A stretch of DNA of 62,121 nucleotides, filler included, from Sluysia triapertura (GCA_046118255.1; 5 parts of 5 records of this genome joined end to end with filler, not necessarily neighbours in it), one strand, 5' to 3'. Positions 40,287 to 54,360 are shown, counted from the whole stretch's first letter. The notes: a model not told the origin generated them from the letters alone. Numbers and translations are program-made.

Positions 40287-42475
40287 AATTACTTAAAATA
40301 TTATGTTTAACACGTTCCTAATTATGTTATTATGTGTGTCTTAATTTTCTTTAGTTATCACAATAAAGAAAAAACTCAATTAACTTTTGAAGTATATTAA
40401 ATTAAATGTTAAAGGTAGAAAACATATAAAATAAAACGTGATTAATATGTTACGATCTAAATGCTTTTGGGATATTCGATCTAATTGTTTTTAAAATTTA
40501 AGTAAAAAATTTCCCCTAAATATACCGGGGTCCTTATTATATTGAAGCTAAAAATTGATCTTGCTCGTTAATTTTCTATAAATTAGTAAAGTTACCTCCC
40601 CTAAAATTATTCTTAACTTTAATTTAACCGTTAATTATCAACGATAAGATAATTCTATTTCTCGACAATTCCTCTTACCTTAGTATTTGTGAATCCTTTT
40701 AGTTAACAAGTCTTCGTTTCAATAACTTCGTTTATAACTTCGACGTGTCAATTTAATAATTTCGTTTAAACAAATTCGATTTCAAAAATCCTTTCTTTAT
40801 CCACTGATATATGTTAGTTTTAAATTTTAAGCAGAAAATTTTCAATTTAAATTATTCACGTAATTTTCGTTATTTCCAACAATATGAGAAATGTAAAGGT
40901 GTACAAAATTTTTGTATTTTGTATTTTATATTTTTGAATTTTTATGTTTTTGTAATTTTAAAAAAAATATTATAAAAATTATTAATTTAATTATATTAAA
41001 ATTAAAATTGTTATTATTATAAATTAAAAAATACTATAAAAGAAACTTCCAGAAAGAAGTTTATTTTAAATCACTAAATTTCAAAATATGTCTTTATGAC
41101 TATATAAATACAGTGATTAACAAAGAAGACGCCATTATTTGCAATTGGAAGCCATTTTTAAAAATCAACACGGCATTTATAAATTACAAGAAAAATCATC
41201 ATCGCCAGTAAATCCAACGGTATTGTAAAGATATACGACAAGTGGTATTCTTCAGTTCCAGTCACTCTATCAACAATTTCTCATCATAATAGTTGTGTGA
41301 TCCCCGCGTCTCCGATTAGAGGGGTAACATATTTACAGCGGCAATAATCGAATTTGGAAATCAATTCTTGGACAATCAACATCGAAAAATTAATTTATTA
41401 TAAATCCGTAAGTTTGGTTATATAAGTGTTAACTTTCTATAGAGTAATAAAATCTACTTAAATTACTATTTTTACGGTTGGTCATTAAGGCCAATCACAA
41501 AATCAAATCAAAATCTAAAATCTTGAATCTTTAGTTGGCCCTTTAGGTCATTACAAAATCAATATCACAGGACAGAGTCTTTGGCTAGGTCTTTGTTACA
41601 ACTTAAATATTATTTATACTATAGTTTTATTATTTTTATTTTTGTTTTTTGTGTGCTATTTATTATCATTTAACATTTGTGTTCAATTTTGTGCAATAAT
41701 AAAAAACATTAGAGGAGTTTTGAGTTATTTGTCTTATAAATGAGAAGTTTAAACTGCGTTCATAATTAATGTTAACTACGGAGTAACTCCTAATTAATAT
41801 ATATTTTATTTCGTTTATTATTATTAAGAAATAAGAATTACGTTCAACTTGATATTAATTTCATTAAATTTTAATGGTCATAGTAATATAACTTGGAGAT
41901 AAGAGCACATTCCTATATCATAGTTATTTACTTAATTTTGATTTAAATACGTTGGTCTTAATTAGTTAATTAGTTTTTTAAGTTATTAGTTGTTAATTGT
42001 TGACGATTTTATCTATTATTGTTAGGTTAAGGCGAAGATAATTCTTGTACGAGTTAATTTTGGTAAATGCTTTCACGTAAATTTTACAGGTACGCCATTG
42101 GTAAGTCGCATACTGTAAACGGACTCATAATAATTAACTATTTTGCTGTAGGTTAGGTTTATAGGTTAAGAAAAACACCCAGCAAAATGAATTGAAAATG
42201 TCAATTTCTGATGTAAATTTGGAGAAATGACTCCAGAATATTGTAGTGCTTTTTATAGAAAAATGTTTTCATATTCAAATAAAGTTGTAAACAGAGAAAT
42301 GATCCTAGAATAACAACTAAATTTTTCTATTTTTGATTTTCATTTTTTAAATATTTTTCAACTAATTCAATATATTTATTTTTCAAAAAATCCTTCAATG
42401 TGAAATTTCATTTTATAATTAATTTTATTCAAATTTGTTTGTACTTTGTTCTTATATTAAATATATTTCTTATAG

Positions 42476-42663
42476 AACTGCGTCAAGATACGATTCACAC
42501 AAGATCTGATTCATCGGCTCCGTTGTCTTCCATCACAGACAGTTCATTGGAGAACAAGCTCATCAGATTCCGATGCTGCGTTTACGACCTCACTCAGCAT
42601 ATCTATTTCAAGAGATTGTGTGCTATCATTGTTCTCAGTAATTGTATGCTGCTCTATTGTCCG
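42476..42663 (+). CDS. NALCN: Sodium leak channel NALCN exon (end of III-IV linker and IV-S1)
   Basis: FRCCVYDLTQHIYFKRLCAIIVLSNCMLL matches NALCN FRAKMYDITQHPFFKR..ALLVL; AG acceptor 42474-75, GTTAG donor 42664. Confidence 0.88.
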
Positions 42664-43007
42664 GTTAGAAAATCCAGTTTTTAATTAAGTTGTTCTTGTT
42701 ATCATTATTCTTATAAAAACAATAATATTGTACCATAATGTTCAAAAAATTTTAAATTCCCTTCATTTTTTAATTTTTAAATTTAATTTAAAATATATTC
42801 TTCAAATTTTATTTATTTTTGTAATTTAAAATTATTTATTTTATTTTCAAAATAAAATTACAATCATTACCACTGAGATTATAATGCTTTTATATCAATT
42901 TAAAATGAGATTACATAGAATTAATATAAATTTAAAATTTAGTAACAAATAACAATCAATTTTAGATCGAAACTGTATAAATTGTATAAATATATGTATC
43001 ATTAATA

Positions 43008-43135
43008 CACCTATCCCCCGATTTACACGGTTTTCCAAATAAGTTTTTTTTGTTTATCGCATTTGAAAATTTTTAATTTTCGATTTACACGTTTTTCTCA
43101 GTAACGTATCTACCGTGTAAATCGGGGAATAGGTG
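43008..43135. mobile_element. 128-bp pogo/Tc1-mariner-type MITE in NALCN intron
   Basis: TIRs CACCTATCCCCCGATTTACACGG / CCGTGTAAATCGGGGAATAGGTG (one mismatch), TA on both flanks. Confidence 0.9.
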
Positions 43136-43964
43136 TACATACATTGAATACCGTTATCATTGATACATTATATTACTACTAATGCATTATATTTATTGTT
43201 ATCCAAACTATACAACGGAATTATCATGTACGAAAACAGTATATATAACTGAGGACAAAAGTTATCCCAACATTACGATAACTTGGAAGAATTAATTAAT
43301 TTAGGCAGTTAGTCAGTCAGTCTGTATGTACTCCAAGTCAGTCTTTACAAAATCTCAACGAAATATTGAAATTTGTTTATTCTGAAGTTTATTCGTCTCT
43401 GATGAAAGAGATAGAAGATATTAAATGAATTATCATGCACGTAATTTGTGTTTGATTCTTGGAAAATTATTTAAACGATTTTGATTATTATTATTATTTG
43501 AATATTGCATTGTTCTGTGTCCTCCACGTTATAAGTTAGATAAATCTTGAATATGAACATCGCTCTTTGTGTATCAGTTGTCATTGTACAACCATATTTG
43601 AGCTTGATTAAAAAATTATTAAATTTGTAATTCAATTTTAATTAAATCTCTAATTAAACTTTACATACATGTTTATGATTTGTAATTAAATTTTACGACA
43701 TATGATTAGTATTTCTACCAGAAGCGCACATTGAACATAACCTACTTCAAGACCACATTAGAAGTAGGTTTAATGATTTTCGATGCGAAAGGATATGTTC
43801 GATTGTTGTCATTTCCAGTTGTTTGTGCAGAATTGCCGATACAATTTTTACAATAAATAATAAAATTTTTATACTGCACTTTTACCTTATTGAAATAAGA
43901 TTGCTGTTTTAAGAAGTTCATATGCGATTGATTGATTGATTTATATTTTGTGTATCGATTTCAG

Positions 43965-44192
43965 TGGAACAGTGAAAATAAGGACAGCATAGACTACAGC
44001 CTCGTCTTGGCAACCATAAATATCGCATGCACTCTGTTATTCTCGATAGAATGCATTCTAAAAATTACCGCATTGTCTTTCTGTGGATATTGGCAATCGA
44101 AGCGGAACATCTACGATATGGTGGTAACGCTGTTCAGTTTGATATGGATTGTGGCGCATTTCAGCGTCATTCATTCGAGTCGACTTATACAG
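43965..44192 (+). CDS. NALCN: Sodium leak channel NALCN exon (IV-S2/S3)
   Basis: 228-nt phase-0 exon WNSEN...LATINIACTLLFSIECILKITALSFCGYWQSKRNIYDMVVT, matching NALCN [23 protein letters not shown]; in frame with the previous exon. Confidence 0.9.
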
Positions 44193-44975
44193 GTTACAAT
44201 ATCGAATTTGTTTTGAATTGATTTTGAATACATTCAAATTAATTTGAAGTTTGATAATATTTGAAAAGTTTTCCGATTCTTTGAAATTACAATAAGTATA
44301 TAATTTTCACATTTCCAAAAATAATAATGTAAGATATGTTTTTTTCTCGTTTGATAAATATTTTCACAAATTTGCTAATGTGAATGAATGCCATCTCGAA
44401 TCATTTCAAAAACCTATTGTCTATCTTTCTATCTTTATTCAGGTATGCATTTTATATATATTCTTTGGTTATTACAACTGTACCAAGTTTTCTATGAACA
44501 ATTGTGTTTGTAAAATTTTCTACATTTTCTACAATTTTTCTAGGTTCAGACTTTCTTTGACCAATAAGCATCACCAAAAAAATTACTTCAATAATTTGAT
44601 TATATTTGAACATTTGACATTTAACTGGCTTTTTTCCGAAATATACACACATAAACACACACTTTGCATTTGAAAACACAATAAACAATTTTGAATATTT
44701 AAACAAATTTTACAGAATAAAGTAATTAAGAAATTATAATTGCGTCAGTATTATTCGAATATTATTATTAAAATGTAAATCTTGATAAAAGGATAAAATG
44801 ATAAAAGTAAATTAAATGAAAATGACAAAGAAATCGAAAATGTTGCGAAAGAAGAATTAAATAATTAAAATTAATTCAACCTAACATTTACACTGCTCTT
44901 ATGAGCAGGTGTTCCACGTTTTTGCTTGTATTTATTGCTTTTGAGAATTATTGTTACTATTATTATTGTTTTATA

Positions 44976-44980
<5 letters not shown>

Positions 44981-45055
<75 letters not shown>

Positions 45056-45056
45056 T
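44981..45056. repeat. (ATT)n microsatellite
   Basis: Direct inspection. Confidence 0.95.
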
Positions 45057-45299
45057 TGATTCATTTTTAGCCATTTCGTTGCGTTTTTATTTAAATTAAT
45101 TTGAAATGATTCGAAATAATTTCATCAATCCATCGAGTTGTAACAAAATTTTCAAATAATTATTTTCATTTTCTATTTTTATCAAATGCACTTCATATCG
45201 GAGTAGTAGTATTACAAATTATTTAATTAAGAGCAGGGTAATGAACACCGAATACCGAATACGTCTAATTGAGAATCAACTGGCAAATCAGTAGCACCA

Positions 45300-46470
45300 C
45301 TATAAGGCACAAGAAATGATGAAAATGATTGTAAAGTGACAGATTAATTAACGATGGAATGTCATAATTATTCTTAGTCATTAGAGAAATTGGAATTAAA
45401 TAATCAATAATAGGTTCTTAAGTCATTTATTATTCGTTAGCATAGAAAATAACAACTTATTTACAGTAATTTCGAATAATGACTCGAAGAAATTAATTCG
45501 TGCCAGAATCATCGAATTGTAAGATATAATTAAATGAATAAAAGATGCGGAAGAAACTGTTTAGATTTATAATAGTGGAAGTACAGTGAATAAATGAGTA
45601 ATTATTATCAGAAACAGGAGCAAATTGGTAAATAAATCTGAGGAGATGACAATCCAGATGAAAGAGATGTTTTATAAGGTTTCATGAAATGACGGAAATG
45701 AATCAATATAACAATAATATAACATATCAAGATGCAAACAGATATGAATCAATATAAATGATCAATATGCAAATAGATAATGAATCAATATAACAATAAT
45801 ATAACATATCAAGATGCAAACAGATATGAATCAATATACCTGATCAATAATCAAATATATAATGAATCAATATAACAATAATATAACATATCAAGATGCA
45901 AACAGATATGAATCAATATAAATGATCAATAATCAAATATATAATGAATCAATATAACAATAATATAAAATATCAAGATGCAAATAGATATGAATCAATA
46001 TATCTGATCAATAATCAAATATATAATGAATCAATATAACAATAATATAGCATATCAAGATGCAAACAGATATGAATCATATAACTGATCAATATGCAAA
46101 TAGATAATGAATCAATATAAATGATCAAGATGCAAACAGATAATGAATCATATAACTGATCAATATGCAAATAGATAATGAATCAATATAAATGATCAAT
46201 ATGCAAATAGATAATGAATCAATACAACTGATCAAGATGTAAATCAAAAGGCAAAACAATTATTAATAGTTCGAAATAGTTTAAATACACAATTGTTGTT
46301 ATTTGTTAGCAAGAAATGAACCAAGTCTGCAGCCACTGCAGTAAAGAACTTATACATTCGGGTAATGTGGACTATACAAGAGCTTTATTGTAGAAATGAA
46401 AACATATATAACTCATAGAGAGTAACTTATGTCCGAGCGCGTCAACAGAGTGGCACGACTAGATGGTAGA
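45300..46470 (+). mobile_element. Possible LTR-retrotransposon gag relic interrupted by a minisatellite
   Basis: KLIRARII / KMRKKLF (cf. LIRDRIV...RKKLL) before, and QVCSHCSK...YCRN knuckle-like remnants after, the tandem array. Confidence 0.3.
45698..46245. repeat. Higher-order minisatellite (82-bp units then 35-36-bp monomers)
   Basis: Unit starts 45698, 45780, 45862, 45944, 46026 (82-bp spacing), then 46107, 46143, 46178, 46214. Confidence 0.92.
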
Positions 46471-46640
46471 TCTATTATGTTTAGCATTAATATGACTATG
46501 TATCGTGTATTGAAATTACTGTTTCCTTGAGTGTTCTCCTTTTTATTAACAAAATAAATACAACACAACACAATAAATAACAACAATCTGAATTGTGAAG
46601 TTTCAGAAACTGTTTTGAGAGAATAATCATTTTTTGTTTA

Positions 46641-46703
<63 letters not shown>

Positions 46704-46849
46704 TTGTTTATCAAATTAAAAATAAAATCGATAGAAATTCAAAATAATAATAACGATGAAAACAAAATAGAATATTCGAATAGAAAATTTTGCTCTAATG
46801 ATCAATGAGTTGAGTTTTGATTCTCAGTGTGATACATAAATGATTAATG

Positions 46850-46897
<48 letters not shown>
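46641..46897. repeat. Two (AAT)n microsatellites (46641-46703, 46850-46897)
   Basis: Direct inspection. Confidence 0.9.
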
Positions 46898-46898
<1 letters not shown>

Positions 46899-47227
46899 GA
46901 CAATAATAACGATAATTGTAACGATAATAATAATGATCAGTGGAAGAAACATTTGCAGATCCTGTTGTTAGAATAGAATGTGAGGTAAGTTTACAAAACA
47001 TTATTTATATTAGTAACAATGACTTATTATTATTTACAATTCTGTTTGTGTACATAAGATGGAGTTATAAAATTGAAGATATTTTTATTTATATTCACTA
47101 GTTTTATATGTGGTGGGTGAGGAGTGCGTGTGTGACGAGAAATAATGGGCGGCTTTAGCGAGAAATCTGATATGTGGAGTCAAATGAGAGGTTCTGATTA
47201 ATCGTAGAAACAGAATTTGAAATAAAA

Positions 47228-47406
47228 CTATACTACTACTATTAGTACTACTACTACTATTACTATTACTACTACTTCTATTACTACTACTATTACTACT
47301 ACTACTACTATTACTATTACTATTACTACTATTACTATTACAACTACTACTACCACTATTATTATTACTACCACTACTAGTACTACAACTACTACTGCTG
47401 CTGCTC
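47228..47406. repeat. Compound (TAC/TAT)n repeat next to a gap
   Basis: Reverse-strand analogue of the 27902-28200 array. Confidence 0.9.
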
Positions 47407-49406
47407 NNNNNNNNNNNNNNNNNNNNNNNNNNNNNNNNNNNNNNNNNNNNNNNNNNNNNNNNNNNNNNNNNNNNNNNNNNNNNNNNNNNNNNNNNNNNNN
47501 NNNNNNNNNNNNNNNNNNNNNNNNNNNNNNNNNNNNNNNNNNNNNNNCAGTGGTCACAATTATAAATTTCAAAAATTCCAAATTATATGTTTCATAAAAA
47601 TATAATGAACTCGACTAATTCATTAAAATATATTTGATAAAAAAATAATTATTCGATTGAAGAGTCTCTTAGTTACAATTATTATAAAACTTTTCATGTT
47701 TTAATTAATAAACGTAAATTGGGATTTTGTTTCCATGTTTTAAACGCTGAAAGATTACGGGGATAATTATTATGCAATGACAGCTTAATTCCACGATATT
47801 AAATTTCAAATATAAATTCTAATGTTTTCAAAGTTGTCGATGTCAATGAAATGTTAAACGTTTTAAAAGTCAACAATGTTAGTAACTTGTTATGAGCAAA
47901 TAAAGTACTTAATTAAACGTCAGGAAGTCGTATTCTTTTGCAGATACTAAGATTTCTACCATTGATTCAAGGAATTTTGAATGTAACTACCCATCTCTGT
48001 GATACCAGTTCTCTGATGTATCATAGCTCTATTAACATCGGCTCTTATTTAACCATTCGCAAGCATTTAAATATTCTCACACTCCTGATTTACCTGATGC
48101 ACCACATTTCACATCAATTTACAATTCGTTGTGAACAACGAGTTATAATTTTTGTTATGTTATAATTCTTGTCAAGTAAGCACTGTGAGTCATTCTGATT
48201 CACTGATACATTTTGCGTTAACTTCACCTATTGCAAATTATGCCAACTTCAAAACTATCACAAACCTAAACATGGAGCAAAATGAATTTATAAGTATAAC
48301 ACAATTCAAAACTTCAAGATATTTATGATACTAGCTTTGATTATGATACGACAGTTTAAAACTAGATGAGAAAATAAATCAGAAGAAATTTTGGATTTCG
48401 ATGAAAAGTCAGGCAAATGTTGTAAAAAATTAGAATTTTTCTATCTTACAAATTGTAGAGATTAGTAGAAATGAATTTATGTAAAAATAAAAAATACGAG
48501 ATGATGAAGTATAGTGGCATATGCAAATTTTCTTGTAAATATTTTTTCTAAAATTTCTAAGAACATAAATAAACAATTGTCAAAGTAACTTGCAAATCAT
48601 AAAAAGATGGAAATCGGATTTATTTATATTTAAAGAATATACTCAAAAGTTGTTCTGTCATTCCATAATATACTTAAATTAAACATATATATTTAGATGG
48701 AATTTATATTGAAAAGTAAATTGTTATAAAAGAAATAGTTTCTTAAGATCATACGGGATGCAAAACACAGTTTGAATTTTTTTCATAGTTCATATATTTT
48801 CTTGTTAACAAATCCATCATTATATATGTAAAATAACACTTAAAAATTAAAAGGATATAGAAAATTAATGAAATTAATAAGTAGTATAATTTGTAGCGTA
48901 TTTGGTACGTTTATTCATTAACCAAAATAAAGTAAGGAAAACTTCAGAAAAATGGATTCATAGTTTTCAATAAACAGTATAACTGCTTTCCTTAATTTAC
49001 ACAAACATTAAATCTTCCAGGTTCGTTTTTGAAATAAAACAATAACAATTCATTTTAAATGATATCTAGAATATGTAGTAGATGTGCAAACAATTTTATC
49101 ATAAGAACAGCAACGTAGAAATTTATTCTTAAATTTATACTTAAATCGAGTACTCATTAACGCACAATTTATAAAACTCAAAAAATGAAATTTGATAACA
49201 GAAATTTAAAATACGTAAATAAAATGTTTAAATTTAAATTTATATAAAATTTTTGAATAATATAAGTTTTAACATCAATTTCAAATTATTATAACATTAA
49301 ATTGGATAAAGTAAACTTGAAAATTAATTTACTATTAAATTTACGATTATATTAATTTATTAAACGTATTTAGTGAAAAATTATTAAAAATATTTCCATA
49401 TCTAAC

Positions 49407-49684
49407 ATCTAAATGAGATAACTCTTCGCATATATATTCGAATGGTTTACGAGCACATTCTTCCGCTTGATATTGCCGCAATCGAAGGCAATAACCAATA
49501 AAGCACCCCAGACCAATTACGATTATAAGAGCAGTAACACAACTACAGCACAAGAATATTGTCCAAGAACATGATAATTTTAAAAAATCTGCTAACGGCT
49601 GCACTACACAATCTGAATGCTTGTTGTGATCTTCACTTCCATCCAGTGGAGCTTTGTATAAATTAGATGCGCCCCATAATTTAT
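49407..49684 (-). CDS. Exon encoding the transmembrane and juxtamembrane part of an unidentified single-pass membrane protein
   Basis: Open frame DKLWGASNLYK...WTIFLCCSCVTALIIVIGLGCFIGYCLRLRQYQAEECARKPFEYICEEL; hydrophobic span then basic residues; plausible AG and GTTAG sites. Confidence 0.55.
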
Positions 49685-49688
49685 CTAT

Positions 49689-49690
<2 letters not shown>

Positions 49691-49758
<68 letters not shown>
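49691..49758. repeat. (AAT)n microsatellite at scaffold end
   Basis: Direct inspection. Confidence 0.95.
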
Positions 49759-49858
49759 NNNNNNNNNNNNNNNNNNNNNNNNNNNNNNNNNNNNNNNNNN
49801 NNTTAATTAATTAANNNNNNNNNNNNNNNNNNNNNNNNNNNNNNNNNNNNNNNNNNNN
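49759..49858. other. Artificial scaffold linker
   Basis: N44-TTAATTAATTAA-N44. Confidence 0.95.
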
Positions 49859-50983
49859 TGCATATTTAAATATTTTAAAATATTTTAGTATTCGTTTTTA
49901 ATTATTTTAAGGAAAAAGGTTTTTCAAATTCAATTTGTGTACAAAAATGTAGTTTTTTTATTTCTGAGATTTAAATATGACTTTAAAATCGTTTAGTTTG
50001 TTTTTAGATTTTTTCAATAATAATTAATTTTATTCTTAGATTAGTGTCTATATTTGAAGTATCTTTAGAATAATTGTTTAAGGAAATCAATATTTATAAT
50101 AAAATGATATATGAGAAACTTCACTATAAACTACATTTTATGAATATACTAAAAAATAAAATTATAAAAATATTACCTATAATTAAAACTATAATCACAT
50201 TTGTTGAAATAATTCTTATTTTTTAATCCAAGCTACTCCATTATTAATAAGTAGCTAATTGATCAGTAAAACTGTATTTAATAATAAATTTAATGATAAA
50301 AATGGTGATCTGAGTTAACACCAAAATCTAATCATGTTTATAAAATAGATGGTGTGATGATCTCCGTGACGATCTTTTAGAATAATGCCATAGTGACATC
50401 AATATGGCACGATTTTAAAGCATAATAATAATAATAATAAGAATAATGATTATGATAATGATAATGATAACGATAACGATAACGATAACGATATTAAGTC
50501 TGCAAAGAATAATCGTCCTAATATGAAACTCAAAATCTGGAGAAAATTTACTCTTGTTTATTAGTAGATCGAAAATTCTTAGATTTCTTAAAAAATGGCT
50601 TAACTGAAGCGGAAATCTTTTAGAATTTAATAAAATCGCATTGATAAAAAAAGAAATTTTTGTTAATTTGTTTCATGAAATGTAATCAGAAATTTGTGAA
50701 TGAAAAAATAAAAATTATTCTAATACTCCATAAATGCACATTTCATATAGACATTAATTTGTCTCATATTAAGCGTTATTATATTAGATGCAAGTTGTAG
50801 TTAAAGATTTCGTTCAACCGAATAAAAATGACCACAGTTACAAATTGTTTCTAAATAATTTTAAAAGTTAATTTTCAAAACGTATCAGAATTAATTTTCA
50901 ATTGTAAATCATACAGAATAAATTATTGAGATAATCTTTATATTAAGTTATAATTGATCTTCAATCATTCAATAATGAGGAAA

Positions 50984-51945
50984 TGGATGAAGAAGCTCAA
51001 GAATTACGGAAGGATGACATTTATAAAATTATTGAAGATTTCAAACAATACGCATAGGAGTATTACTCAGATGAAAGAAGTGTAGGATACATTTCGTGAA
51101 GACGGGCAGTACACCAAAAGAAAGCTTATTATGATAGTTATGTAATGATTTTTTTGCTTTTGTTTCAAATGTTTTCAAATGATGTGCATTTTGTATATTC
51201 AAATATTTGTACGTTATCAAAAATATCTTTTTGCTACTAGGTTTTAATTTTGAAAGTTTATTATTTAGCAAATTCATATTATCTTTTAACTTATCTTTTG
51301 AAATTCAAAATATAAATTAAAACATTTTGATTGGTCGATTTTTTAGATCCAAATAAAAAGAAAATTGTAACAGCAGCAGAAAAACGACGTATTCGAGTCG
51401 CAAAACGAAAACTAATGAATGACAAGTTAAACTCAGAATCAACAAATCGTAATCGATCGCACAAAAATGACGAATCTCATCAATTCCACCTATCAGAACA
51501 AGACATACTATTTTTAAAGCGGTGTGAAACACGTTTACAAAATAAAAAGCATCAAAACGAAGAAAAAGAGCCGATTGCTGATTCTAATAAAGATTCGACA
51601 GAGAAACTATTTCCGCAAAAATTCGAGAAGTCAATTCTGACGCCTCCAAATTTAGATGTCATTCAAGAAAATAATGATTTAGAGAATATTTTGTCAGGGG
51701 AAATGTCAGCTTTGTCTATCTTAAATGATATTTTAGTATCTGATAATACCAAACCGGAATTAGGATCCACCAATGCTTCCCCGAACTTGAATAATGAATC
51801 ATGTTTATTAAACAATTCCAATAACTCCAATCAGTTTGAAACTTTAATTGACTCATATATTGATAATATTGAATTAGATTTAAATTTCTTCGAATCTTAT
51901 AATCCAGGAGATTTGTTAGTTCCAGTTAATTTATCAGACGATTAA
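50984..51945 (+). pseudogene. Two-exon hypothetical gene (basic then acidic), upstream exon disrupted
   Basis: MDEEAQELRKDDIYKIIEDFKQYA*EYYSDERSVGYIS*RR.. with GTAATG donor, then a long open exon from 51347 to stop 51945 (KKKIVTAAEKRRIRVAKRK...). No family recognised; may be a transposon accessory gene. Confidence 0.4.
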
Positions 51946-54139
51946 TAAACACAAACGTTTGATTTTATACTTTTGTTATGATCTTTTTACCTGAAACCTT
52001 TGTACCGTTTTTCTGAAAATATCATTAAAAGATAAGACACTTTAATATTAGCCATTCTTCGAAAATAAGTCATCCCATTACAAAAGTTATTATAAACCAC
52101 AAAATGAAATCTTGTTTTTACTTTGTTTTAATAATGCACTCCAATAACGAATTTACAAAAATAACTTTTTATTATAAGCCATGGGTTCTTTTGTCTCTAC
52201 TCTATTTGGTAGCCATATTACATTTTATTCGAAAAGAATTAGCGTTAAAACAATGAAATATGAAAAGGAGTTACTTTGTCTTTACTACTATAAAATACAA
52301 ATATAAAATATAAAATATAAGACAAGTTGTCTCATCTATGCAATGCAACACTGAATATAATTTAATCAATTAATTTTAAATAGTTTGTCGACTATTAATA
52401 TTTTTCGTATTAATTTAAATTTTATAATTGATTTATACTCTATTTTATTTTTATTTTATGAAAATTGATTATTTTTCAATGAAACAGTTACTTAAGAAGT
52501 TCAACGTATGTTTTAAGCAAAGTTTTGCATCTATTTTTAATTATAAGGATTGTATTTTTATAATTTGTATCTTTAGTTGATTTTAATATTAATTTCGAAT
52601 AGTACCTTTTAGGGTTGTAATATATGAATAAAAATATTTCTTTGATTCTGAACATAAATTGTTGAATAAATTAGACAAACAAATTAAATTAAAATTTTAT
52701 TTTATTAATGTTCGCTTTGGAATTTGTAATATTTAAATTCTAAGGTTTAGCAAAAATCAATCATGTGAGTAATGATAATGATAGTAGTGGTTTAACTCCC
52801 CAAGTAATTATTTTATTTTTACAAATTGTTGAAAACACAATAGAAAAATTTAAATATGGTTTGAAATGCGAGCATGTAAATTTATTAATTCGGAATGTTT
52901 TTTGCTTATTTTAGCATTTAAACAACAATATTTCATTTTTATAATGTGTGTAACAACCATTTCAAATAAATAAAGAAATTATTTTTTTAAATTAAATAAA
53001 ACTGAGAAGATAACTGTAATTACAGATACAATTATTATATTCGCCGAATAATTCGATCTCAATAATCATATGAGAATGACTAAACTTGTGTGGATGTAAT
53101 TAATGATTATCCAAAAACTGATCAGTCAAAAGCAAAATAAATGGCTAATTAATTACTAATAAGAATTTTGTACATATCATTCTCGGCATTGCATCACTCA
53201 TCATTATAAAATCACAAATGCCTAGTAAAATTTCTTTTATTAACATTTTTAAACCAAAATATTCATTGCAATTTTTATCATCATGTTCTCGTGTTTATAT
53301 CACGTAATCTTTTATTTTATATTTCTATACTTTCATATTTATAATGTAAAAGATTATTATTCTTGCTTTGCTTGCTCATCCAAGCTCATATCTTCTCGTT
53401 TGTATTATATTCATATTCGTCATAATCTAGAAACACTAGATGGAGATTTTCCGCCAGAGAGCAACAAAATTGTGTACAGTTACAATAAGTCCTTAAGTAA
53501 ACAATATTTTATTATAACCTCCTAAGTATTTTATGTAGTAAAGTTTTTAATAATGTAGTTATTTTTACGTTGATTATAATTTAAGTTAGATTAGCTAACT
53601 CCTTATCAAATAGGAGTCATTCTAATCAGATAAAATTAGAAATAAAGAGTCTTCATATTGGATTTGTTGGATTTATACTACAAATAGAAAAGAAGCTGAA
53701 AAATACGAAAACTAGCGCAAAAAAGAACGAATCTGACTTTGTAAAAATTACAGGCATTTGAATGCTGTTTAATAGAGCTAATTTAATATTTTAAATTTTG
53801 TTGATCAGAAGTCGACAGATCGATAATAGACGGTGTTAGAGATTATACCTCTGAGAGAAAGTGATGAGGTGTCTGAATTCCATGGGTGTTCCTGCGTGGG
53901 TCGCGTGTCGATGATGGCGTCAATGAAATTTTCTATTGGTTCAAAATAATTTATTTATATTTTATCACATTTTAATAAACAAAATATATAAATTTTAGTT
54001 TAATTTTACCCTCTATTTGGTACTTTCATTCTGACGGAAGTTAAATTCATACATTTAATAATGAATTATGTTTGGTTGTAACGGAAATAATAAATAACCT
54101 AATTTTATATTACTAATAAAACTGGTAGTAGTAGAAATC

Positions 54140-54360
54140 ATGCTAATTATGACGATAATTATGAAGGTAATAATGATGATAATGGTGACGTTGTTTATCA
54201 TAATAATGACAATTATTATGATGACAGTGATGATGATATGATCATGATGACTATGACAATAGTGATTATGATAATGGCAATGATTACAATTAAAGTGATA
54301 ATGATAATGGTGATGATTATATATGTAGTGATGATGATGATGATGATGATTATGATAATG
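54140..54360. repeat. Low-complexity GAT/AAT/GAC repeat
   Basis: Direct inspection. Confidence 0.8.

Noticed and set aside
41110-41410. GC-enriched block upstream of the NALCN exons
   Set aside because: Stops in all frames and no NALCN similarity.
45698-46245. Regular repeats resembling a CRISPR array
   Set aside because: No unique spacers, units are tandem and AT-rich, no cas genes, eukaryotic context.
50984-51145. In-frame TAG/TGA suggesting stop-codon reassignment or selenocysteine
   Set aside because: Intact exons (NALCN, STAM, SR gene) have no in-frame stops; disrupted ORFs show all three stops plus frameshifts, consistent with decay.
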